Shown here piece after piece: positions 9,933 to 19,779 of a DNA stretch of 47,203 bases. Location of the stretch: NCBI GenBank assembly GCA_035605895.1, contig DATNGL010000249.1, positions 1 through 47,203 of the forward strand, in the 5' to 3' direction. Position 1 is the first letter of the stretch, and each line of letters begins with the position of its first letter. The stretch comes from Rhodanobacter sp. (lineage in GTDB: Bacteria; Pseudomonadota; Gammaproteobacteria; Xanthomonadales; Rhodanobacteraceae). Below the pieces are notes generated by a model that ran no database searches, was not told the origin of the DNA, and worked only from the letters and a program-made list of their open reading frames with translations. The translations under genes and the position numbers were made by a program.

Positions 9933-11845
9933 TATCGGGCTCCCTTGTTTTCGTTGTGCAGGTTGCGGTTGATCGTCGCGCTATAACCCGGCGACTTGAA
10001 ATGGGTGAGCCAGCTGTCGATGTCTCCGGTGTAGGTGGTGATCTGACGGCCAGCGGCATCGACGCGGACGGAGGGAATCAAGCGGCCTTTGGGCGCGGAC
10101 GCCGGATTCAGCGCCACGTTTTGCGCGTCGTTGTAGATCCGCTCTTCCATCAGCGCGAACGCTTCGGGAGACTGCGAATCCAGCTTCACGGTTTTCAGGG
10201 TCGGCGAGTATTTCTGAAACTTCGCCGCCAGGCGCTTGCGATAGGCGATCGGACCTTCGCCATGAAGCGGCGGCTGCACCGAATCACCGAACAGCTGAGC
10301 CAGCGAATCGGCACGGCGCTGGGCCACGCTGAGCTGATCGCGGTCTTCAGAGCTGAGTGGGCGAGTCAGGCCGGACAAGCGCTCATCCATCGCAGCAATG
10401 CGCTGGCGCAGCTCGGCGTTCTCGCGCTGACTGTCCTTGCGGGCAGCGTCGTCGCGCTCGGCCTTCGCTTCCTTGTCGCCTTCCTTGATCGCCTTTTCCT
10501 CGTCCTCGTGTTCCTTCTTGCCGTCCTTCTCGGCTTCCTTTTCGGAATCCTTGCGGGCGTCCATCAGCTCGTCTTCGGAGTCCTTGCGGTCGGCCTTGGC
10601 CTTCTTCTCTTCCGCAACCTTGCCGGCGATCTTCTCGGCGGACTCCTTGTCGTAGCCTTCGCCCTCAACCTTGTGTTCCAGACCCTCGAAGCTGTCCTTC
10701 TTCGCGGAATCCTTCTTGGCGTCGTCGAACTTGTCGCCGCCCTTGTTTTCGATGGCGTCCATGCGACTGCACACGGAATCCAGTTTCTTGCCCAGCGCAT
10801 CAGCCCAGGCCGGCACCTTCTCTTCATTTTCCACTTTGCTGTCTCCTTCGAGGTTGACACCAGTCGGCTCGCCGCCCTTGTCCCACACGCCCTCCACGCA
10901 GATAGCGAGGTGGTCGAGGTAAGAGGGTTTGCCTTCGATTAGAACGGTCGAGCCATCGTTAAGCTCGATGCTCTGAGTTGATCCGGCGTCACGGAACACA
11001 ACGGCCGGGCTTGTTGATGCGTGGGACGAACGCATGAGCGCCGCCCCATCCTCATCGAACACTTTTGCAATGCCCCATACTTCGTCGTCTTTGACGTAGG
11101 GCAGCGTGACCGTGCCGATGGCACGATCACGAAATTCCTGGGTATCCAGCAGTGAAGTCTTGGGATGCTCGAAAATAAGCGGCAACCCGTTGCAGCGCTG
11201 CACGAAGTCATCGGACAGGAAATCTTCTGGCGGACGATAGACGTACTCATCCAGCGACTGCCGGTAGCTGGTGCCGGTGCCGGTGATGCGTATGTCGAAC
11301 AGCCAGACGTTCTCGTATCGCTGCGGGCTGGCCAGTTCGCCATCACGGATGGCCTTGGCGATGTCCAGTTCATGTCCTGATGCCAGCGCGATCGAACGCG
11401 CGACCTCCGGATGTATCCCTTGCGGCAATTCGTTGGGCGAAACCCAGCGCCATCCCGTCGATTCATCATCCAGCGTCGGTTCGAACACATCGACGTCTTG
11501 CATGTAGCAGGTGAAGTCGATGCCTTCCGACTGGCTGCGCCGAAGCATCCAGCGAACGCCGTCAGGAAGGCTTCCGACTTCTTCCTTGCATTCCCGTGCC
11601 GCCGCCTCTTCCGGCGTCTCACCGGCTTCCATATGGCCGCCTGGCTGCACCCATTGCCCGTCATCGGCATTGCGCACCAGCAGGAACAGCGGTCCGGGCG
11701 CACGCAACAGGATGCCTGCGCAAGCAATGGGCACCGCGTCCGCCGCAACGAACTCTTTCCCCACCTTCTCGGGAATGCCCAGCGTAGAATGACCATGCGC
11801 CGCCGCCTCCATAGCCTTGTGCTGTTGGAGGCTCACGGATGGCAT
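9932..11845 (-). CDS. Nudix hydrolase fused to head maturation protease (DUF2213-like) and scaffold
   Basis: Nudix box GHMEAGETPEEAAARECKEEVG (aa 70-91); YRPPE, EHP and LDHLAIC..GVWD motifs; K/E/D-rich scaffold region. Confidence 0.82.
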   Translation of the reverse strand: MPSVSLQQHKAMEAAAHGHSTLGIPEKVGKEFVAADAVPIACAGILLRAPGPLFLLVRNADDGQWVQPGGHMEAGETPEEAAARECKEEVGSLPDGVRWMLRRSQSEGIDFTCYMQDVDVFEPTLDDESTGWRWVSPNELPQGIHPEVARSIALASGHELDIAKAIRDGELASPQRYENVWLFDIRITGTGTSYRQSLDEYVYRPPEDFLSDDFVQRCNGLPLIFEHPKTSLLDTQEFRDRAIGTVTLPYVKDDEVWGIAKVFDEDGAALMRSSHASTSPAVVFRDAGSTQSIELNDGSTVLIEGKPSYLDHLAICVEGVWDKGGEPTGVNLEGDSKVENEEKVPAWADALGKKLDSVCSRMDAIENKGGDKFDDAKKDSAKKDSFEGLEHKVEGEGYDKESAEKIAGKVAEEKKAKADRKDSEDELMDARKDSEKEAEKDGKKEHEDEEKAIKEGDKEAKAERDDAARKDSQRENAELRQRIAAMDERLSGLTRPLSSEDRDQLSVAQRRADSLAQLFGDSVQPPLHGEGPIAYRKRLAAKFQKYSPTLKTVKLDSQSPEAFALMEERIYNDAQNVALNPASAPKGRLIPSVRVDAAGRQITTYTGDIDSWLTHFKSPGYSATINRNLHNENKGAR

Positions 11846-11850
11846 GATTT

Positions 11851-11879
11851 TTGATTGTCCTTTCTACTCAAACCACGAT
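11851..11879 (+). promoter_or_regulatory. Possible sigma70 promoter for the antisense moron
   Basis: TTGATT-17 nt-CACGAT upstream of ATG 11890. Confidence 0.35.
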
Positions 11880-11889
11880 GGGGAACGTC

Positions 11890-12357
11890 ATGAAAAAACT
11901 GTTGCTTTTCGCCGCACTACTTCCTGCTGCGGCTTTCGCCCAGCAACCAAAGATCATCCATGCCGCACCCGGGCAGACGGTGAACGTGGCGCCCGGTCAA
12001 ACCGCCGATATCTCCATCACGACGGGCGACTCGCCGGATGCAAGCGCCGCCTCCGATCAGCTGGCCGCCGTCATGGCCGCCAGTGCGCCCAACTCCGGGC
12101 TATTCCCCGCGTCCTGCCTTTCCGACATGGCGAATGTCCAGCTGGCCCAGATGGTCCAGGTTTACGCCGGCAACCCGATGGGTGATGAGCTTGTCGACTT
12201 TCGCGTGACCCAAGGCATCGGCACACCCAGCCACGCCGGCTATAACTGCCTGGTCGTCGCGACGTGGCGCGATCACGGCGTACAGCATGGCGTGGCCGGC
12301 ATCTTCAAAGGCCCGGGCCAATCCGTGATTTACCAATGGCGTCCGCTGGGTTATTAA
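11890..12357 (+). CDS. Exported protein, moron in the opposite orientation
   Basis: Sec signal peptide MKKLLLFAALLPAAAFA-QQP; fills the gap between two head genes exactly. Confidence 0.75.
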   Translation: MKKLLLFAALLPAAAFAQQPKIIHAAPGQTVNVAPGQTADISITTGDSPDASAASDQLAAVMAASAPNSGLFPASCLSDMANVQLAQMVQVYAGNPMGDELVDFRVTQGIGTPSHAGYNCLVVATWRDHGVQHGVAGIFKGPGQSVIYQWRPLGY

Positions 12358-13169
12358 GCCGCCGCCTTCCGCGCATCCTCCAGCGCCTTGCGTCCCTTGG
12401 CGGTCAGCATGTCTTCGGGCAGGTCGCGGATGTTGGACAGGTAGACGACATAACACCGGCAAAAGACTTCCTCGCCGGGCGCCGTCATCTCATCCAGATA
12501 GCCGGCGCCCTTGTTGATCAGTCCCTTGTCGGCGGCCCAGCTACCGCGCACGGCATACACTTTGCCGTCGCGCTGCATGTGTGAGTGGCGTGCGTCGTAG
12601 GTCTTGTCGATGCTTCCATGATCGCGCCACCGTCCCGCAATGGCCCCCGTATGCTGGGCAATCACCGCGTCGATGGATGCCATCAGCTTGTGACCTTGGT
12701 CGATCGCCACCCGCCGCTCTTCGTAACTGCACTGACGCAGTGACTTGCTGATGTCCGCCTTGACATCGCGCTTATCGACCACGCGCGATCCGCCATCCGG
12801 GATGGATGTCGCCCAGCCCGAAAACCGCTGCATCGTCCGGTCAATCGCCTGTTCCCGGTTCAACTTGATCAGGTTGGCGCTGGCCACGATGCGCCGGGAA
12901 AGCTCATCGCGAAGTTCCGGCTTGATCTGCGCGATGGTGTAACGCGGCGCATCGGGATGCCTGCGCTTGATTGACATCGGCGTCAGGACGCGATCAAAGG
13001 ATGCTTGCAGCGACCTTTCCAGCGCCTTCACCACGTCTTTCTCGGGCCTCAATTCCGCTTCGGCCGCCTTGCGTAGGCGATTCACCCACAGCGTGAGCAT
13101 CGGCACGTCGGCATATCCCTGTTCGGAAAAATGGCGAATGGCCTCCTGCAACAGCTCGTGGAAGCTCAC
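12354..13169 (-). CDS. Head morphogenesis protein (Mu F/SPP1 gp7-like)
   Basis: Follows portal; R.SH and PGEEVFCRC motifs. Confidence 0.8.
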   Translation of the reverse strand: MSFHELLQEAIRHFSEQGYADVPMLTLWVNRLRKAAEAELRPEKDVVKALERSLQASFDRVLTPMSIKRRHPDAPRYTIAQIKPELRDELSRRIVASANLIKLNREQAIDRTMQRFSGWATSIPDGGSRVVDKRDVKADISKSLRQCSYEERRVAIDQGHKLMASIDAVIAQHTGAIAGRWRDHGSIDKTYDARHSHMQRDGKVYAVRGSWAADKGLINKGAGYLDEMTAPGEEVFCRCYVVYLSNIRDLPEDMLTAKGRKALEDARKAAA

Positions 13170-14716
13170 CGGCGCACCTTCTTGTAATCGGACAAGGCGT
13201 AGCTGACGCCTTTCGGTACGCTGTCTCGCTTGATCTGGCGCTTCTCGTCCTTTTCATTGGGCGCCACAGTGACCGGTTCCGGATCATCTTCCTCTTGCTC
13301 GCCCATGGGCTGTGGCGGCACATAGCTGGCGATGGCTTCCAAGTCGAGATTCAGCGGCGCCGAGAACATCAGCGTGCGTGAGTTCAGGACATCGGACAGC
13401 CAACCAGCCAGCAGCGCCTTGTTCTCCGGGTCGCATAGCGGCGCCAGCACTTCGACCGCCGCAATGCCGGCCTTGGTGATCACATCGTCAACCTTGACCT
13501 TTTCGCTGTCAGGCTCCGTCAGCAGATTTGGCCACGTCGCCTTGAAGGCGTTCTTCCACCCGTAGAAGGCCGTCTCATAGGGAACATCGCCCAGCTCGGC
13601 CGGGTACTTCCGCTGCATGGATTCGTAGAACTCCGGATTCCATGCCCGGTGCATCACGATGGTGTCGAACCACAGATAGGCGGGCGTCATTTCCAGGCGC
13701 TGACCGTCGATGTACGTGGCGATCTGCTTGGCGTCCTCCGATCCTTCCCCGAAACCTTCGGCCAGCGTTTCGTCGTTCAGCATGCTCGCCGGCATGTTGT
13801 CGGCCGATGCAATGTTTTTCAGGATGTTGTTGCGTGCGAACTCGGCAGCTTCCCGCAAGTTCTTCATGTCCAGCGATTCGATTTCCTCCTGCGTGCCGAT
13901 CGACAGCACGTTCCCGGTACGCGCCCCTTTGATCGACTCGCGGCGGAAACCGAAGAAACTACGCGCCCGCTGATCGACGATAGATCCGGGAGACTGCATC
14001 TTGGCCACCAGCAGGCCAGCCTTCTGGGTCACCATGTCATCCGTGATCATGCTCTGCACATAGCTTTTCAGCGGAAACAACGCGCGCTGATAGACGGATC
14101 GCCCCACGAAGCCGAAAGCCGAATTGCTCCAGTCGATGTAGATCGGCTGTTCGTTGCACATCACCAGGGCGCGGCTTGGGTGGTACGACTTGCCCGCCAC
14201 CGTCAGCTGCCGGGGGCGCAGGAAGTCAGGCGCATTCGGGTCCTGGTTCAACACCAGGCTGCCCGCCGTATTCAGCGGATCAGCGATGTTGAAGTACAGG
14301 TCATGCTTCCACAGATCCTCCAGCGGGATCGGCTGATCAGTTGGCACTTCCGGGCAGACCATGACCACGGACGCGATGCCGTAGACGCGCGAAAGCGTCT
14401 TGACGTTGCGGATGATCGTCGTGGCGCCCGTGCCGCCCAACCGGTCCCACTCCTTGCGAAAGGCGTCGATCAAGTCCTCTTCCGGGCCTCCGGGAATCTC
14501 AATCTCGCGCTGCTGGCTCTGCGCAATTACCACCGGCTTTTCGGCCATCTTGGCGCCGAGCGGATGATAGGTATAGATCGTCTTGGCGATCTGGTACGAC
14601 GGCGCGCTGCCGGGCTGGATGTCGTCGCATAACAGAAGATCAGTCAAGGCCGGGGACAAGGTATTGCCCACACCCAAGCTCGCGGCACCCGTCGCGTTGT
14701 TGTCGATATTGGCCAT
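13166..14716 (-). CDS. Portal protein (DUF1073-like)
   Basis: 516 aa directly after TerL; SRVYG, YHPSR and FGFVGRSV motifs. Confidence 0.82.
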   Translation of the reverse strand: MANIDNNATGAASLGVGNTLSPALTDLLLCDDIQPGSAPSYQIAKTIYTYHPLGAKMAEKPVVIAQSQQREIEIPGGPEEDLIDAFRKEWDRLGGTGATTIIRNVKTLSRVYGIASVVMVCPEVPTDQPIPLEDLWKHDLYFNIADPLNTAGSLVLNQDPNAPDFLRPRQLTVAGKSYHPSRALVMCNEQPIYIDWSNSAFGFVGRSVYQRALFPLKSYVQSMITDDMVTQKAGLLVAKMQSPGSIVDQRARSFFGFRRESIKGARTGNVLSIGTQEEIESLDMKNLREAAEFARNNILKNIASADNMPASMLNDETLAEGFGEGSEDAKQIATYIDGQRLEMTPAYLWFDTIVMHRAWNPEFYESMQRKYPAELGDVPYETAFYGWKNAFKATWPNLLTEPDSEKVKVDDVITKAGIAAVEVLAPLCDPENKALLAGWLSDVLNSRTLMFSAPLNLDLEAIASYVPPQPMGEQEEDDPEPVTVAPNEKDEKRQIKRDSVPKGVSYALSDYKKVRR

Positions 14717-14722
14717 GGGGTC

Positions 14723-15994
14723 CTAGTAGCCTTCGGTGTCGCCGAGGCTGATCGCTACGCCGTAGGTGAAGGTGTCCAGCAAATCCCGGGGGCCGTCTTT
14801 CTGCCCCATCCGGAAACTGCAAACCTGCGAAATGAAGTGGTTACGTACCTGGCCCTTGTAGTTGACCGTCTTGTCATGCGCGTAGCGGCTGATCTTCACG
14901 TCGCCGCGATAGACGTACCCGGAAACCGAAAGCGCCCGGCCTTCCTTGCCCATCGAAACCAGGTCGCCGTCAATGGGTGTCGCCGGCCAGCCGCGCCGAA
15001 TGGCCTGCTGCAGCAGCACGATGCCGCTCGCCTTGTCCTCGATCCATGCGCCCAGGTTTCCTTGCCTCGCACCGACCATCGCCGATAGCTCATCCAGCCG
15101 AGCAAACACGCTGGGCAACCAGCTTTCAAGCAGCGCACCTTCGATCTGCAGCACCTCCCAATCCAGGACGATCAGCTTGGTCCCGTAATGGATGTTGCGC
15201 GCGTAGTAGGTGACCGCCGTGCCATCGTGCTCGACCCCGTCCTTGAGTGCCGTATCCACCACGGCGAATACCTGATCACACTTGCTGGGGTAATCGACGG
15301 GCTGACCGTCAACCAACAATGAGTTTTCGCTGAAAAACGCTGAGCCGTTCCAGTCGACGAACTCCGCCAGATATTCCTGCTGATACACCAGCGGCGGATA
15401 GTCATTGATCAGCTTGGCGACGACTTCTGGGTCCAGGTGTGGATTCGTTGCCGTGGGCGCGTGGTATTCAACCCACCCTTCGGCGGGATTGGTGCATGCC
15501 TCGTAGAAGTAGTTTTCTTGGTCGATACCCTTTGGGGTGCCGGCCATGATGATGTTGCCGTTATAGTCCAGCAGCGTGGGCCGGATGGACTGGTCGATGA
15601 TCTCCTTCAAGCCCTTCGCTTTAAGGCTCGCCTCATCCACGATCACCGTGTGGTATTTGCGTGATCGCCCGGCGTTCTCATCCTCCAGCGTCCAGAATTC
15701 GATCAGGCCGCCCGTTTTCAGCTGGATCAGCTGGTCGATCTTGGACTTTGATTCGATCACCGGTTTCAGCGTATGGATGAGGTTTCCATACGTTGGCGCA
15801 TTGATCTTGTACTTCGGTCCTAGCCAGCCAATCCGCTTGCCCTGAAACGCCCACTTCGCCGCCCGGTTTTCCAGAAGACTGGTCTTGCCGAAGCGGCGAC
15901 CGCAGCGCAATACGGTTTTCTTGTGCTGCCCGAATCCCTGCGCAATCGATATCTGACCTGCATGAAGCGCCTGCAGTTCGACATTCCGGCTCAC
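14723..15994 (-). CDS. terL: Terminase large subunit
   Basis: Walker A CGRRFGKT, Walker B IVDEA, GTP coupling motif, QEYLAEF, nuclease acidic residues. Confidence 0.93.
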   Translation of the reverse strand: MSRNVELQALHAGQISIAQGFGQHKKTVLRCGRRFGKTSLLENRAAKWAFQGKRIGWLGPKYKINAPTYGNLIHTLKPVIESKSKIDQLIQLKTGGLIEFWTLEDENAGRSRKYHTVIVDEASLKAKGLKEIIDQSIRPTLLDYNGNIIMAGTPKGIDQENYFYEACTNPAEGWVEYHAPTATNPHLDPEVVAKLINDYPPLVYQQEYLAEFVDWNGSAFFSENSLLVDGQPVDYPSKCDQVFAVVDTALKDGVEHDGTAVTYYARNIHYGTKLIVLDWEVLQIEGALLESWLPSVFARLDELSAMVGARQGNLGAWIEDKASGIVLLQQAIRRGWPATPIDGDLVSMGKEGRALSVSGYVYRGDVKISRYAHDKTVNYKGQVRNHFISQVCSFRMGQKDGPRDLLDTFTYGVAISLGDTEGY

Positions 15995-16428
15995 GGAATC
16001 TCGCCATTCGGGTCGATCAGCTTCGGGCCGTTTTCCTCATCCCCTGTCGGTGGCTGCGGCGATTTAACTCCCCAGCGTTTCGGCGCCATCCGGGCTGCCG
16101 TCCATTTGCGTATGTCGATCTGCAGCTTGCGATGCTCAATCATGTCCCCTTCAACGATTTCCACGCCGCTCGCCTTCGTGATTGTCTTCCGCCCCATCAC
16201 CGGGGTATCGGCAATCTCCATGGCCTGTTCAACGTAAAACTCTGCCCGCATTTCACATGCGCGGGCGTATTGGTTCGCAAAGGACGGATGGGCGTCCAAC
16301 CATTGCCACACCGCCGTTCTTCCCGGCATCGCTTCGTCTCGACATACACTGCGTAGCGATTCCCCGTCAGCCAAGCGATGACAAATGGTCAGCGCCAATT
16401 CGGGCGTGTAAAGGGTTGGGCGCCCCAT
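15991..16428 (-). CDS. terS: Terminase small subunit
   Basis: GRPTLYTPELALTIC..LADGESLRSVC HTH and RKWTAARMAPKRWG; directly upstream of TerL. Confidence 0.88.
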   Translation of the reverse strand: MGRPTLYTPELALTICHRLADGESLRSVCRDEAMPGRTAVWQWLDAHPSFANQYARACEMRAEFYVEQAMEIADTPVMGRKTITKASGVEIVEGDMIEHRKLQIDIRKWTAARMAPKRWGVKSPQPPTGDEENGPKLIDPNGEIP

Positions 16429-16431
16429 ACA

Positions 16432-16731
16432 TCACACAGCCCTGACCGGCACATAGCACGATCGCGCCAAGATGACGTTGTTGGAAGTGACGATTTCGGC
16501 AGTCACGGTGTATCCCTGATCCAATTGCCCGGCGCCCAGCGTGAACTGGACGGCGCTGTTCGGCTTAGCTCCATCGGTCACGGAGCCTTGCCCCACCGTG
16601 ATCGTGGCAGGGAGAGCGGTGACGCTGGTGACGCTGGTGATCGTCTCGCTTGTGGCCAGCAAGGCGCTGAAATCAATGGCTGTCGGTACGTTCTCATCCT
16701 CCGGGCTCATCGGTGACAGGACAATGAGCAT
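16432..16731 (-). CDS. Small beta-rich putative fibre-adaptor protein
   Basis: 99 aa, IDFSALLATSETITS; last gene of a three-gene structural-looking module. Confidence 0.55.
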   Translation of the reverse strand: MLIVLSPMSPEDENVPTAIDFSALLATSETITSVTSVTALPATITVGQGSVTDGAKPNSAVQFTLGAGQLDQGYTVTAEIVTSNNVILARSCYVPVRAV

Positions 16732-16743
16732 GGTTACATCCTG

Positions 16744-18333
16744 TCAGGCGGTGAGCCGAGCGATGCGCTGCTCGGGCGGAAGAATGGCCGTACGTGTCTC
16801 GTGGTCAAGTGCTGCTATGCGCGTTTCGGGCGGCAAGATGGCGATGCGCCCCGGCTCGATGATCAGCTTGCCATTGCTGGTCAATGTGCCGGCGATGAAT
16901 ACAGCGGAGCGACCTGCCATCGCCATGGAAGAAATGGGGCTGACGCCGCCCTGCGTAGTGCCGAACGTCGAACCCAGCAAGCCAACCGATGCGCTGGCGG
17001 CAAGTTCACCCTGTGCGGCTGTTGTTCCAGTACCCGTCAGTCCAACGGAAACGTCATGCCCTGCGGTGGCCGTCAGGACGCCTTGGGCGTAATTCGCGTC
17101 TTGACCGTCGACCGGTGCCGTGAAGGCTGGTTGTACCGTTCCGATCTGGACGGATATCGACTGGCCCGAGAGCGCGATGCGCACTTCGGGGACAGCGGTG
17201 ACCGCGCCTTGGGTGATGGTGACGGACTGGCCCGCAAGACCTTGCGATAGCGCTGGCGTGACGTCGCCTTGTGCCGCTGTGACCATCTGCCCTGACAACG
17301 CCACGGCAATGCCGCCAGACTCAGGCGTGACCGATCCTTGGGATGCCGTTTCGGACAACCCGGTAACTGCCACCTGCGCGTCTGGAGTGACCCCTCCTGC
17401 CCCAGTCGTTCCGACCTGGCCCGTCAATGTCGGCGCCAGCGCAGGAACCGTCGCGCCCTGTCCGCTGGTGACCGCGCTGCCCGTAAGCGACTTGCTCACC
17501 GTCCCCTTTAGCGTGCCGCGACCGGACGTGATGCTTCGGCCCGTAAGCGCATTGGAAACGGCTTGCGTGAACGCTCCTTGCCCCGAAGTCACCGCTTGAC
17601 CCGTCAAGGCCACAGTGACGCCGGTGGATGCCACGGTGACCGTTCCTTGGCCGGAGGTAATGCTTTGCCCGGTCAAGCCGACCGTGACATCCCCGGCAGC
17701 CGCCTTGATCGCCAGCAGCACCGCACCGAAGCCGATGCATGTGCCGCCAGTGAAAGCACCCGAGGCCGTCTTTGTGCCGGTGGCGCCAGCGGTGACTTGT
17801 ATCGCCTCCGACACGCACAGGTTGGCCGAGCCGCCTGTGGGCGGGGTTGCCGGGCTGGTGAAGCCGCTCGGCGGGGTGAAGGTTGGACTGGTGACGCCGC
17901 TATAGCTGCCCAGGCCGCCGGCATAGACCACCAGGTCATTCGCCGCCGTCGTCGTGATGCCGGTGGCTGGCATGGATTTCGGACTGGCGCCGCCGGTGCT
18001 GCTCGCGGTGCCAGCATAGGCGTCGATCGGCGATGATGTGGCTGCGCCGGCATAGCGCACACATTCGACCGACCATCCGCTGGTGTCGCCGCCATCGGTG
18101 CTGGTGAAGCTAGATCCCTCCGTGCCATCCGCTTCGCGCCAGAAGACATTGATGTACTGGCCGTTGCCGCCAAAACGCTGCTGAATCAGCTGGGTGAATC
18201 CGGTCGGCGCCGAAGCGCCACCGTTGTCCATGCAGTAGATGACGAACAGGCCGCCCGATCCGCTGGGCGTCGCAACTGTCCAGTTATTGGCTGTGCCGCC
18301 CGCTGTTGTGGTATCGGTGCGCGTGATCGTCAC
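16744..18333 (-). CDS. Thr/Gly/Ser-rich repetitive fibre-like protein
   Basis: 529 aa; many roughly 20-aa V.LTGQ..T..QG.V repeats after an N-terminal globular domain. Confidence 0.7.
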   Translation of the reverse strand: MTITRTDTTTAGGTANNWTVATPSGSGGLFVIYCMDNGGASAPTGFTQLIQQRFGGNGQYINVFWREADGTEGSSFTSTDGGDTSGWSVECVRYAGAATSSPIDAYAGTASSTGGASPKSMPATGITTTAANDLVVYAGGLGSYSGVTSPTFTPPSGFTSPATPPTGGSANLCVSEAIQVTAGATGTKTASGAFTGGTCIGFGAVLLAIKAAAGDVTVGLTGQSITSGQGTVTVASTGVTVALTGQAVTSGQGAFTQAVSNALTGRSITSGRGTLKGTVSKSLTGSAVTSGQGATVPALAPTLTGQVGTTGAGGVTPDAQVAVTGLSETASQGSVTPESGGIAVALSGQMVTAAQGDVTPALSQGLAGQSVTITQGAVTAVPEVRIALSGQSISVQIGTVQPAFTAPVDGQDANYAQGVLTATAGHDVSVGLTGTGTTAAQGELAASASVGLLGSTFGTTQGGVSPISSMAMAGRSAVFIAGTLTSNGKLIIEPGRIAILPPETRIAALDHETRTAILPPEQRIARLTA

Positions 18334-18346
18334 GGCGCGCTACTCT

Positions 18347-18799
18347 TTACGCGAGCTGCAACAGCGCAGTTCCTGCCGCATTCGCCGGCATGGTGAGGGT
18401 GAAATTGCTGGCTGTCACCGTCTGCGAGCCGAAGGTATAGACCGCGACAGCCTTGTTGCTCTGCGTGGAGTTGTAGAGCAGCACCGTGTCGAAGGCCGAG
18501 GCCGTCATGGTTGTCCAGGCGAAGTTGCCTGATGGCGTCCAGTACGCCGTCGTTCCCGAGCTGGTCGGCGCGGTGGCATTGGTCACGGTCACGCCGCCGG
18601 CCGTATAGCCAGTGCCGGTGACTTCGCCCGTGGTCGAATAGGCCGTGGTCGATGCGCCCAGCGTGGCCGAGGCGAAATATAGCGCCGCCTTGAACGTGTC
18701 GGCGGCGGTACTGCCGCGCGTGACGGTCGTCCCGAAGGCGTGGATGCCGTTGAGCTGATCGACCTTGAAACTGGTACAGACGGCTGCCGTATTGCTCAT
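18347..18799 (-). CDS. Putative virion structural protein
   Basis: CTSFK...FKAALY...TTAYSTTGEVTGTGYTAGG motif recalled from phage structural proteins. Confidence 0.65.
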   Translation of the reverse strand: MSNTAAVCTSFKVDQLNGIHAFGTTVTRGSTAADTFKAALYFASATLGASTTAYSTTGEVTGTGYTAGGVTVTNATAPTSSGTTAYWTPSGNFAWTTMTASAFDTVLLYNSTQSNKAVAVYTFGSQTVTASNFTLTMPANAAGTALLQLA

Positions 18800-18999
18800 C
18801 AGAATGTCCCCTGTTCGGGTTGGGCCTGCGCGCCTTGCTTCACATAGACGTGGGCGGATTGCTTGACGATCTCGCCATCCAGCAGGTAGGTCTCGCTGAA
18901 CTTGAGATATTCGGGGGTTTCATCCCATGCATGGGTGTATTCCAGCGAGGCGATGGGCAGGTTGCCCTTGCTCGTCCAGATCAGGGGTTCATCAGCCAC
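18799..18999 (-). CDS. Hypothetical protein
   Basis: GTG at 18999 preceded by GAGGA RBS; stop overlaps the next start. Confidence 0.6.
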   Translation of the reverse strand: MADEPLIWTSKGNLPIASLEYTHAWDETPEYLKFSETYLLDGEIVKQSAHVYVKQGAQAQPEQGTF

Positions 19000-19001
19000 G
19001 G

Positions 19002-19199
19002 TCAATCCTCTGTGCGCGTCGAACGCGGTGTGGAAACGTGATAGTGGACATGCGGCGCCTTGCGCTCCCGGCGCTTGCGCAGCCATCCGGCGATTTCGTC
19101 GTAGGCCACCATCCCGATCAGCACCGCCAGCGATAGCGTAGCGAAGCTCAAGCCGATCCAGGTGCCTACGGTTTCGGTGGCGTCCACGTCAGTCTCCAA
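19002..19199 (-). CDS. Small single-TM protein
   Basis: Hydrophobic segment followed by a basic tail. Confidence 0.5.
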   Translation of the reverse strand: METDVDATETVGTWIGLSFATLSLAVLIGMVAYDEIAGWLRKRRERKAPHVHYHVSTPRSTRTED

Positions 19200-19776
19200 G
19201 CGCGGCGATCACGCGGTCGATGGCGTGGTCCTGAATGTTGTCGAACGGCAGCACGGCATGGCCGATGGGGGTGATCGGACAGGCGTGCGCCAGTTGCGGT
19301 GGCACCTGCGTCACGATGTCCCGGCCGTTGCGCGTGGCATAGACAGGTTTCCCGTGGAACAACTCGAGCAGCGTCGTGTCCGCGCACAGTCGCGGCGGTT
19401 CGAACGCATAGACCGGCACCACATCGCCCAGCAGCGCCAGCGCGGCGGCGTACAGCACCGCCATGGCCGCGCCAAGGCTGTGCCCGGCAATCGCGTCAGG
19501 GCGCGGCAGTGCAAGGCAGGCGGGCAGTATCGCGGACAGCGCCCAGTGAAATCCCGCATGTACCCGGCCCATTCCCGGCACATCGCGCACGATGATGTCG
19601 CCATCGGCCAGCAGGGAGCGCAAATCGTCCGTACCCCGAAAGACGTGCACCGTTTCCGTGCCGGTCGCTGTGACCATCTGGTAAACGTGCATCCGGCTTG
19701 CGCTGGACGGGTTGCCGATGGTGGGCGCGTCGCTGTACGCCCGTTCGGCCAGTTTGGCGTAGTCGACGGGCAGCAC
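19189..19776 (-). CDS. Lipase class 3 (alpha/beta hydrolase)
   Basis: VFRGT, VHAGF, GHSLG nucleophile elbow, NGRDIV (Asp) and DHAI (His). Confidence 0.88.
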   Translation of the reverse strand: MLPVDYAKLAERAYSDAPTIGNPSSASRMHVYQMVTATGTETVHVFRGTDDLRSLLADGDIIVRDVPGMGRVHAGFHWALSAILPACLALPRPDAIAGHSLGAAMAVLYAAALALLGDVVPVYAFEPPRLCADTTLLELFHGKPVYATRNGRDIVTQVPPQLAHACPITPIGHAVLPFDNIQDHAIDRVIAALGD

Positions 19777-19779
19777 GGG

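Noticed and set aside
13166..14716. Anti-CBASS (Acb1) function, a label sometimes attached to this portal family
   Set aside because: No appended HxT/HxT phosphoesterase domain is visible; size and position fit a plain portal
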